A stretch of DNA of 64,000 nucleotides from contig NW_026889797.1 of NCBI RefSeq assembly GCF_033153115.1, positions 2,666,001-2,730,000 on the forward strand, given 5' to 3'. The notes below the pieces were generated by a model that worked only from the letters and a program-made list of their open reading frames with translations, was not told where the DNA came from and ran no database searches. The translations under genes were made by a program, and so were the position numbers. The stretch is from Saccostrea echinata. Lineage: Eukaryota. Numbering within the stretch: position 1 is the first letter of the stretch; every line of letters starts with the position of its first letter. Shown piece by piece: positions 48,881 through 59,700 of this stretch.

Positions 48881-49743
48881 TTACACTTTCATTTAGACTG
48901 TTTTAGCGTAATTAAATGCGTAATTTTAAGAAAATTCGCTGACTTGTTTCAGACCACGTGGTTCATATTCTTTTCTACGTTTCTTCTTTTTAAAAAGAAA
49001 TTGTATGATTTCTTTATAGTCTGTTAGCATATACTGTACATTTTAGTAATTGCATAAATGAATATGCAGTTGATATTTTGTGATACTGTAATACAACACT
49101 CAAGTTTATCATCAAGGAAAAAGTTTTAAATACAGGGGCCCCATATGGGAAGTCTAATTGTGTTGGATTCTTTATTCTGATCTGCACAACATTAATAGCA
49201 TTTATTTTTGCACTTTAAATGAAATATCCCATGGCAGTCTTTGATCCCACTGTGCTGATGATGCACAAATGTGACACAAAGAAGCACAGATGCTCTAAAC
49301 TCCGAAAAAAAATTGAAATTTCAATTGAAGCACTGTTTTATATATTTGCATTTGAGATACTTTAATTTTCGCCATAAGCTGACATACGGGGGAATCAGTG
49401 TTTCACAAACACATCTTGTTTTTCATCGGGTTGTGCAGTCAATCAAGTTGTAAAAGTGTACAAATTAGAAAGCAGGTTAGTTGTTTTACGTTTATGATAT
49501 CACGGCATGATTAAGATAGAGTGAGTATTAAAATGTCCGACTAATTATGATGCTCATTATAATTTTACCTTTTATATAGAAATTTTCATTTTTTCAAAAA
49601 AATTTAATTAAGGTTTAAATCAAAGTACATTCAAGAAATACATAGTTAAAATAAACTAATATTTTACTTGTTGGGGGAAAGGGGTTCTCCTATAATAAGC
49701 TAGCTTCAGCTGGGTGTATGAAAATTTATTTTTACCCCAACTC

Positions 49744-50142
49744 CAGTGTTTGAATTTACCTTAAGCCCGACCGCCCGAGATGCACAAATTTGGCTGCGGA
49801 CTAACAGATTTGCATGTATCAACCCCTGGCTGGACTTGTTCAAATTTTTCATTAATTAAAATTCATTAATTTGATTACTCTCTTCCAAATCAACTAAATA
49901 AATGGTATTGGTATTGGTGTCAAAGTGTTAAAAGCAAAAAGGTAGAATTCTTCAGCCTATAGATTCAAGATCAAAGTTTTGATGATCTGACCCCCATTCA
50001 CATTATTTCAAAAAAAAAAATAATAAAAGACAATTATTTTCTCGGGCTGGTAGATTTTTGGCAGGGCTGAATACCGGCTGATAGTTTTGACTAGCAGCCA
50101 GCCCTGCATTTCTAGCTAAATTTACAGCGAGTTTAAACACTG
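49744..50142. mobile_element. hAT/P-type MITE, 8-bp TSD
   Basis: CCCAACTC|CAGTGTTTGAA ... TTTAAACACTG|CCCAACTC. Confidence 0.88.
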
Positions 50143-50379
50143 CCCAACTCTATTTTTTTTTTTTTTTTTGTTTAATAAAATCCTGGTTTACGATTGGTTG
50201 ACATCTGTAACATAAAGGGGGTGTAATTACTTATACATGGTTACTTGAAAATCAATACATTGTCATGATATATAAATATATCATGATCATTCTTTTATAA
50301 CAGTTTTAATTAAAGCTAAACAGGAATTGTAAAAGGAATTTGTCCACCATATTCGATTGTTCATGTTCACGTTCTGAGG

Positions 50380-50745
50380 GCCCCTATATAAAGCTGCTTA
50401 GTCACTATTCAGTGTAATCAGTCGTCACCAGTGTAGATGGACATATGCTACACAGCACCGGGTAGGAAAAAAAAAAAACTATGTACTTCTTCTAATGCAG
50501 GAGAGTAAGATAACAAAGAAACTTTAAACAGTTGCACAGGTCAGTGCAGTATACAAACACAAATACATAACTGCAATAAAATGTAAACATAGGTAAGATA
50601 ACCGGCACGCACATGTGTTGCCATTCCACACCGATACCTGTGACAATAAAGCAGTCAGGTGTTACAGTAACGAATGCGTAGGGTATATCCCAGTACTGAT
50701 ATTGTAGATAGTATTATCAAAAATCTATTTACGAGTCTTGTTTAG
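50380..50745 (+). repeat. Dispersed repeat (copy of 17357-17735)
   Basis: See partner copy; begins CCCCTATATAAAGC and contains AG|GTAAGA. Confidence 0.85.
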
Positions 50746-50814
50746 TTTTAATCTTTTTAATTAAAAATATTATTATTAATTTCTGTTGACAATTAAAAGA
50801 TTAACTGTCATTAT

Positions 50815-51645
50815 CAGTCAGGGGTGAGACTGAAATCCGTCATTTTTAAAATGACGATTTTAAGCCATAAAATAAAATTTTTATTATGACTTAAACTCGT
50901 CATTTTTAAGAAAATGACGAAAAACAGTCATAAAAATTTAGAGTGTTTCTAAAATACCGAGTTACCTCTCTTTGAAAAATGTTAGATCCACCAACCGAAA
51001 AAAGGACAAAAAACATCGTAAACGAACTTCATTTCTCTAATACAGTTGAGTACAATACTGGTTATGTTGACAGTATAAATTTCCCAAGCAAAAATAAGAG
51101 TGGAAGAGTTATTTGTCAATTTATTTGCATTAAATAGGAAAGAAGACGAAAATGACGATATTCCGTCTTTTTTCAAAATGGAGGGTCTGGGCGCACTGAA
51201 ATATCTCGCTTGTTTTACGGGGCGCACTACTTTTTTATGGCTTTAACTTTTTGTCGAGACTTTTCTCTACAAGTACGTATTCTTCCAGACGGTGTACTAT
51301 ATGTTTTTATAGGGCTAAAAGCCATGTAAAAATGGCGAATTAGTTCTACCAAAATTCGACATTTTACCGCTAAATAATAACTTTCACCTTCCATGTTGAT
51401 GTTCTAACGCATGTGGTCGGCAGTAATTAGTGACCCGGATGAAATGAAACTTGCGTAAACACTCTTCTTTCAGCGGTGAATTCAAAGTTCGCTTTTATGT
51501 AACCAGGATAGAAGAATTAAGTTGAAAAAGAAAATATGACGATAGTAAGTCATATTGACAAAAATGACGAAAATACGTACTTAGTAAATATGACGATTAT
51601 CCATCATTTTTCAAAAATGACGGATTTCAGTCTCACCCCTGACTG
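50815..51645. mobile_element. Non-autonomous DNA transposon, 33-bp perfect TIRs, 5-bp TSD
   Basis: ATTAT|CAGTCAGGGGTGAGACTGAAATCCGTCATTTTT ... AAAAATGACGGATTTCAGTCTCACCCCTGACTG|ATTAT; subterminal AAATGACGA repeats. Confidence 0.9.
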
Positions 51646-51738
51646 ATTATGGAATTTTTTTGTTCTCCCTTTACCGATTTTTTTCAAAATTGTCTGTACC
51701 TTAATTATTACTGCATGAAACACTCCGACAATACAAAA

Positions 51739-52223
51739 TAGGGCTGTCATGGTTCCAAAATTTTTCGGGACAGGTTTCGGTTCGGTTCTGTGTTTTTCGG
51801 TTCAGTTCTTTACATCTATTTTATTCCTTAAATTCATGAAATTAACTTGAAAAATCTTTATTTGTTATGTTACATTCACCTTGAAAACTAATCTTTACCA
51901 TATTAATATCTTGACATTGGTGTTCAGGACTACTAGGCCAACTTGTAATTACCTACAACCTATCATTCTTGCTGATTTTGATAATTATCTAACCCTTTCG
52001 TGACAAGTGTTTTGTCATAGAATGAAGTAGAATTCAGCTGTGATGTTATGTTTATCACTTTTATCGTCATCATTCTTGTGATTTTTGACTCCATTTTTTG
52101 TATAAAAACAGATTCTAACATATAAACAAGACCCAAACCGAAATCCGGAAAAATGGAACCGAAACCGAACTGAACAACTTGGACTGCAGTTTTTGGTTAT
52201 TTCGGGGAACTGTGACAGCCCTA
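51739..52223. mobile_element. hAT MITE, 8-bp TSD
   Basis: ATACAAAA|TAGGGCTGTCA..GTTCC ... GGAAC.GTGACAGCCCTA|ATACAAAA; subterminal AACCG repeats. Confidence 0.92.
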
Positions 52224-52344
52224 ATACAAAACAGTATTAGCAACACAGAGTGATGTCATAATTAGACATTTTAAGAGGGTAATGTAGGGGGAAGAAACAA
52301 TTTTACAAACCAAAGCCACCTGAATGGTGAATTAGTTACTCAGT

Positions 52345-52470
52345 TTTGTTGTGAATGGGTATGGGATGACACCTGGTTAGTAAATTGTTTATCTGGCTCG
52401 ACTTCGCCCTGCCAAGCAGAAAATATTATATACTAACCAGATACCATCCTGTACCCAATCACTTCAAAAG
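52345..52470. repeat. Imperfect long palindrome
   Basis: GTGA.TGGGTA.GGGATG..ACCTGGTTAGTA ... TACTAACCAGAT.CCATCCTGTACCCAATCAC. Confidence 0.7.
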
Positions 52471-53789
52471 AATGTATACCTGATAACATCTGGCTTGCTT
52501 ATCATGCTTATGAAGCAAATCTCCTGCTCCAAGCTGCATCATGTGCATGGCAATAAGATTAAAAGAGAGTATTTTAAAAAAAAAAAAAAAAAATATTTAC
52601 ATTTGCTGTGTTTTTCTACAAAGCCAACTATAAAATTGATTTGAATGCCATTTTCGTGTATACTCACCGAGGGGTATAATTTGAACTAGTAAAATATTAT
52701 GAAATTCTAAGCCCACAGTTGTTTAATGATTTTAAAATTAAATTATAAGGGAATTGGATTATAAAACAGTGTAAACTGACCAAAACCAGGTTATACTCAA
52801 ATAATTTGGCCACGAATTTGAGTCGTTCCTTAAATATATTGAATTTATCAAATATCTTAACAAAATACATACATGACTAGGGCACAGATTGCAAAGCAGA
52901 TCATCCCCCCCCCCCCCAAGAAAAAGCTCATCCATCTGATATAAATTATTATTTACTTGTGTAACTACTGATACACACACAGACTCACTCAACTACACAC
53001 AACATGCACAAGTGGATTAATTACCATGCCTTTCCAACTTTATTGCGAGGGGAGAAAAACTAACCATGACAAATAGCAAAGAAGCAAAACATTTTATTGA
53101 ATCGCTGTGTTTCGGGCAACATTGATTATGTTAGCTTCCTTGCTCCGCGTTGGGCAATATTTCATCCCTTGTTTTTCTATTGTGACGTTATGTTTTATGG
53201 AAGTCGTAACAGTATCAATCAATCTTCTAATCAGAATCCAAATCAATTAAAATGTGGGAAAACTCTCTTTGCTGGTCAATAGTGAAAATTAAATGACCGT
53301 CAATATTTTTCGGAGGAGCTTATATCAATATGTTGAATGCTTCTCCATATAGAGAATATAAGGAGTATTCTTTACTGAATATAACAAACATTTTATTGAA
53401 TCTCTATATTACATCTTTAAAAATTGCATACTTGCATCTCTTGTCATGATGTGATGCATTCATACCAAAAATATATTTGTGTTTAAAAGCTGGAATAATC
53501 ATTTTTACAACTTTATATAAAACCTAATAATTTACACATGCCAAACAGTTGCAATTCAATGCATGAATACAGAAACTGTGATTCTTCCTTTCAGTTTGTT
53601 AAATGTAGTAAGAAGTAATTCGTGTTTTGATTATATACATACATATATATATATATATATATATTCAGATCAATCAAGAAAAAAAACATACTTTAAAAAT
53701 CAGCAATTACAAGGTAATGCAAGACATGTTTATTAGCGTTCAAGTCTGCTTCCGAGTTCAAACTTTGTGTATCGTGTAATGAAATATGT

Positions 53790-56700
53790 CTAAAAGTGAT
53801 AAATATTCCAGTGAACTAAGAGTTTTTCTGCAATTTTAATGAGCGGCACTGTTCCCTTGTCTTTGTTTTCCATTAGCTCTCTGTGTTTTTTAATTATGGC
53901 TGTCTGTAGTTTAGCCAATGCTGCATCATAGGAGTTTCTAAAAAATGAGTCATTTGTGCTTTTCAGAATCCTCCGATACTTTAAAAACTCTTTGAAAGTT
54001 GGATCATCGCATGGCAGAAGTGCTGTAACCATGGAGACAGTTGATTCTGTATCTAGTAATGTATAAAAAAAAAAATTCTTAAAAAAAATATTTTAAATTT
54101 TGAAAACTGATAAATGAAAAAATATAATCTGTATTTCATAAATAAACTTTGCGATATATACCTTTTACTTCTGTAAAGAGCTTTCTTTTGCATGTCTTTT
54201 TTGTGCAAGAGTCATCTGAAATGTTGCACACTTTAATAGTTATTGCCATTATTTGTCAAATTTGTTATTAAAGATGTCTTTATAATCATAATAATTGGTC
54301 CTGCTATTTACTGGCAGTATCACAAGCCTTGGGATTCAAGGGGTAAAAAAAATACTCCAGTTTGTTGGTCTGATTTAAGTGATATAAATACCTGTTGACA
54401 GTATAAAAATGGCTATACTTATTCAAATACTTTCAGACAGGAATATTGTGTACTCCAGCTGTTGTCCTTATCTTACCTGCTGTGGAATTTTTGACTTTTT
54501 CCAGACCACATGTGTTTCTTACAGCGAGAAATCCAGCTTGATGACTCTCTACAAAAAAGTAAGCTATCATTAGTTTTTAGCTCACCTGAGCCAAAGGCTT
54601 CTGATGGAAGAGTGTCTGTCGTTCGTCGTCTGTAAACTCTTCACATTGACAACTTTTCCTCAAGAACCGCTGGGTCAATTTCAACCAAACTTGCCATAAA
54701 GCATCCATGGGTAACAACAACCAGGGGTAAGGCGGGGTCAAAATATTGGGTCAGTGTTTCATAGAAACATATACAGGGTTCGAAATTCACTATATACCAC
54801 TCGCAAAACGCGAATTAGAATATCAAAATTGCGAGTTGAAAATGTAACTCGCAAAAACTTGCGAGTTGATTTTTTAACTAGATTTTACAAGATTAAACCA
54901 AGAAAAACTTTGGAAAAAACATGCATTTAAAGTGACCCAAAATTATATAATAAAATTGGTATTTTACAGAACAAAATGCTTTTGATTTAACTCAATATAA
55001 TATAAATAAAACACAGTGAGACTAATGCAGTTTTATTTTGTTTATTTAACAGCAGCTACTTTATCCTTAAGTTACATGTATTTAATTTTAGATTTAAAAA
55101 AGCTTTTATTTTAAAATTGCGAGTAGTCTTGTGAAATTGCGAGTTCACTTTTTTGTTACTCGCAATTATTTGCGAGTTGTATTTTTAGGGAGTTTCTATC
55201 CCTGCATATAGGTGTAATGGTTAAGGGGCATTTGAGTAAAACGCATTGAAGACTACAGATAATGGAATGACCTGACAACCCTTGGAATGGACTAGCCAAA
55301 CCAAAGGGTATATAAGGAAAAGCTTTGGGAAAATCAGGCATTTAGAAACTAGCTGAAGAAGTAGGATGTTGAATCAGCAATGAAGAAGTTAGGTATTCCA
55401 TCCCTAACAGCAATAAATTCAATGAAATTGAATACATAACAGATGTGTAAGTATTGAATACTCAGTATATTTAGACATAATTCCCATTTATAAGTATTTA
55501 TTGATATTCTGGGGGTAGGTGGGGCCACAATAGGGAATCAAATTTACTAAATACAAGAATATATATGAAAAAAAATATTTTAAAATCTCAAGCACAGTAA
55601 GGCCATGATAAGCCATATTTAAAACATGGAAGCATCCTATAATAGTGTAAAATCAAGTTTGTTCAAATCATGGCCTCTCAGGGGTAGGGTGGGTCCAAAA
55701 TGCTTTATGTAGGAATATATAAGGAAGAGTCCTTAGATCCATATTTGCTGAAACCTTGAACCCCAGGGTTAGGGTGGGGCCACAATAGATGATCCAGGGT
55801 TGGAAATTATAGCCTGCCTGACCATCTGGCAGTCTGTTTCTCAGGCGGGCCGGGATGAAACCTCAGATGACAGCCCAGTGATCGAGCTAATTTTAATAGC
55901 CAGTTCCTTAGTGTACTTGACATGAATTAATCTTTTTTTTTATTCATCTGAATTATTTTCATCTTATTCCTACCTGTAAACTTTACAATATTTTTAATAT
56001 AGGCAGATTAAAATCAGCAGTGCTTTGCATTTTTCTACTTTCGTTTTTAAAAACGATCTATATATATAGCCAGAGACATTTATATGTCTCTGATATGGCT
56101 TCTGATTTTATTGCTTGTTTATCATTTCATTTTATTTAATCTTGCTTTTTAATGAAATGATAATTTACCCTAAATCTATGTGTTCATCTTGCATACCCCT
56201 TCAGGTTGTCAATAAATAGTTTAAATCCCTTTAACTGCTCCAGGCTAAGATACCTGTACCTGGACAGCTGTGTGCGTCCAAGCGAGAAGTGATTTTCATG
56301 TTTCAATTAACACCTGCATGCATTAAACAACCTATATGTATTATTTATTCAAATAAACAAACCTGATATTCTTATCCCGATTGACAAAATATGACAGTCG
56401 GGAAACTCAGAAAAATCTGAAATTTCAGGGTGAAAATTTTAGGTCAATTTTGCTTTCCCGATCGGGAACAGCTGTTTTACAAAATTTATAATACATTCAT
56501 AATAATGAACATTTTTATCAGGACTGGCAGATTTTGAGCAGAGCTGGTAATTTTTAAACGAAGCCAGTCCTGTAGCTAGCTGCTATTTTCAGTGAGTTTC
56601 CAACCCTGGATGATCACAGTTTTACATTGTATATTATATGTATTTTTTTTTGAAGACCTTCTTCTCTGAAGAACATCAAAGCTATGATTATTATATGGAA

Positions 56701-59700
56701 GTATCCTCTGGTAGTTTAAATTCAATTTTATTCAAATCATATAAAGGATATGCAGTGTCACGCTCATATTTAATCAGAAGTATTTCATGTGATAAACAGT
56801 TGAGATTGTGTTAAGTTTGAAAAAATACTTTCATGGATTAACTGCATAAATAGATTTAGAAAAACTATTAACCTGTTTTCTTAACTTCACTTTTCAGTTT
56901 TGTGTCTATATCAGGAGTTGGAGCTGATTCCTGTTTTTCTGATACACACCCCTTGATCCGTGCTTCCCCCGTGCCATGTGGAGCATCTTGAAGGCACACT
57001 TAAGAAATCATCCAAAAAAAATCAATGAGTATATGTTTGATATAAAAGAAAAACAGAAGTGTTCAGTAGATGTATGGGATATTTTAGGGGGAAATAAATT
57101 GCAAAATATTTTACAAGTACAGTGTGATCTCACAATTTCAAATCAACTTTTGGTAAGAAAATGGGAAGACCTTATCTTTAACATCAGTTGTTGTTTTAAA
57201 GACTTTCAGAAAGGTTTATTTTTTTGGTTGGTTTTTATTCATTTCATATTAACTTTGTAGAACTACCTGAATTCTGAGTGTCACTTGTGCTTTGAACTAC
57301 ATTTGGATATGAAATCAGCTCCTGCTGCAGTGATCCTGCATCAATGGATGGACCACCTTCATCAGTATGTGTCTCCATTATGATTTTAGAAATCTCTGCA
57401 ATGTATATAAATAGTTCATACATAAACATGTACCTGTGGAAATGGTATATACTTTAGGAGTCATACTCATACTTGTCACAAAAATGGCATTTGGGCAAGT
57501 TCAAGGTAACTGACAGAAAAAAATGCTAATTTTGTATAATTACTTTAGATGTAGTTTACTTATAAAGTGTGTGGTAAGCTACGGCATTCAACTGAGCAAT
57601 GAATCATTAGTATTTAAAAATATAGTATCGTAAATGCAACAGTGTGTGTAATCAAATTGAATATCGTGCATTAGCGTGTTATGAAAATTTGTTTCATGAA
57701 CCATTGCAGTTACAAGACTATATCTTTCAAAAAGTAATGATTCATTGCTAATATTTACTTTTTTTTTAATTCTCTGCCTTGACTGCAAATGTGATTTATA
57801 TTTCAAAACTATGTATTATCCTTTGTGTAAGCTACTATTAATGGAAGAACCAATGTAACAGTTTCTGGTCAATGTGAGCGTGAATTTTGATTTCCGTTTT
57901 TGACGTTCTACTTCCTCGGTATTCAAGGTTTGTGATGTCAAAATAAAATGCATGCTTAAACCTTTTGACCCCTTTACATGAATGCCATATATTTTCACAC
58001 ACTTTATATGCAAAATTACAAGGGGGAAATCTGGTGAAGAACAGCAGGGCCAAAGCAACTCTGGTAAGGCACATGGGCTTCTTGCTTCATGAACTAACAT
58101 GGATGAGCATGAATATCTCCATTGTTAAGTCATAATTACCGTACTTGATGTCAAAACTGTAGTGCAAACTTTTTTGCTTTGAAAATGACAGTTGAATGGT
58201 GTAATTTGTGGCAACTCATCAGAATAATGTAGATATAAAAATTGAATTGAATTTTTGAAAATTCATTAGGTACATGAACTACGACGCTTCTCGCTGGCAA
58301 ATTTACCATTAAGCGCTAACACACTTCACGAAATATGCCGATGTGAAGCACCATAGTTCATGTCCTCATGAATCTTCAAAAATTAAATTAATTTCTTAAA
58401 TAACTGCAACATTGTGTGCAAATAAATTGAATAATGCATGTAGGGCTTTATGAATTTTCAATATTCATTGATTCATTGCTTAGGTCAGATTCATGTTTGT
58501 AAGAGAGGAACTTTGAGAATATGTTGATGTAAAGTTGTTGCTTTTGTAGAAATACCTGTTTCCTGATCTGCTTCTGCATGGAGAGCTCCAGCCGAATTGC
58601 CCAAGGACACTGCTTCTTTTCTTCTGTCTGGTGCACACTCTTGGATTGCTCTTGTGGGGGAAACTCCAGTGGAATGACCCAAAGCCATTTCTCCATTGCT
58701 TCTGCCTGATGCCCACTCCTGGTTTTGTGATTTTTCTGAGACAGTTGATGCGATTCGAATGAATGCTGAAAAAAGATTGAAATATTTAATGAAGTCAAGT
58801 TACTTCCAGGCAAAGGATATTCACAGTATACATGTATTCAAGTAAAGTCATAAAGGGGTAAAAATTAACAGTAATTAAGCAATAACATTTCAGTGAAAAT
58901 TGCCTAAGTTTTACTGTAAAATATGTAGTAATGCAGAATTTATCTTTTTTTTTTTTTTTAATTTTATGTTAATTGATTTTTTCTTGTATTGAAAAAATTT
59001 AAGTATATGTACCTTCATTCTTATAAGTCCTACATAGTTGTCCCTCCTCATGTATTTTGATTTTGTTCAGTGGTAAGCTGAGTTTTGATGCTTCACAATC
59101 CTGAACACACTTCTTCCAATCTTCTGCCAGGAGTCTTTGCTGGTCCTTGTCTGACAAAGACCGAAAGTGGCGTAAGGGAGGGTATGTATGAAAATCTGGC
59201 TCTTCAGGCCCATCATGGAACATAACTGCACCCTCATGTAAGGACCACCACATGTTCTCTCCACCATACATAAAATCCGAGATTCTCTGGTAGTGGACTT
59301 GAAAGAGGGTTGGTCTCTTCATTATGAAATCAAGATCAAATTTTGTATTTTCTGACTTAGGCAAGAGTTTTGCCTGGTGACTGACAATGGATTCTTGATG
59401 TTTAAGGTAGTCTTTCTTGGTCTCGTCCATCTGTTGAGCATTGTACCGTAAAACTGCGTTGTCAATAACCTTTCCACATTGTCTGTTAGCTGTATTTAAT
59501 GAGATACTCCTTAAGTCGCCAAATGATCTTTCCTCTTGCTCAGGGACTAAGGATCTAAGGCAGAACAATCTATATGTTTCAGGACAATGGACTGTTAAAC
59601 TGTGAAAGTGGCTGCCAAAGAACTTTCTGGTGGTCATCTTCTTTGGTATTCCAATGACAGTTTTTGAAAGGATGGAGAATTTAAAGCAAAGGTTGTATAA

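Larger units (their letters stand above)
54574..56725 (+). mobile_element. HINE/Helentron-type element with ~165-bp satellite units, interrupted by two MITEs
   Basis: TTTTTAGCTCACCTGAGCCAAAGGCT head, GTCTGTCGTTCGTCGTC microsatellite, repeated GGGGTAGGGTGGGGCCACAATAG units; located in intron 4 of the transposase-like gene. Confidence 0.8.

Noticed and set aside
48680-53400. RAG2-like partner gene on the + strand
   Set aside because: No kelch or PHD-like coding exons found; candidate second exons at 49136 stop quickly; most of the interval is MITEs
58023-58063. Small + strand exon (GKSGEEQQGQSNS G|gtaagg)
   Set aside because: Weak acceptor and no linked exons; could be chance
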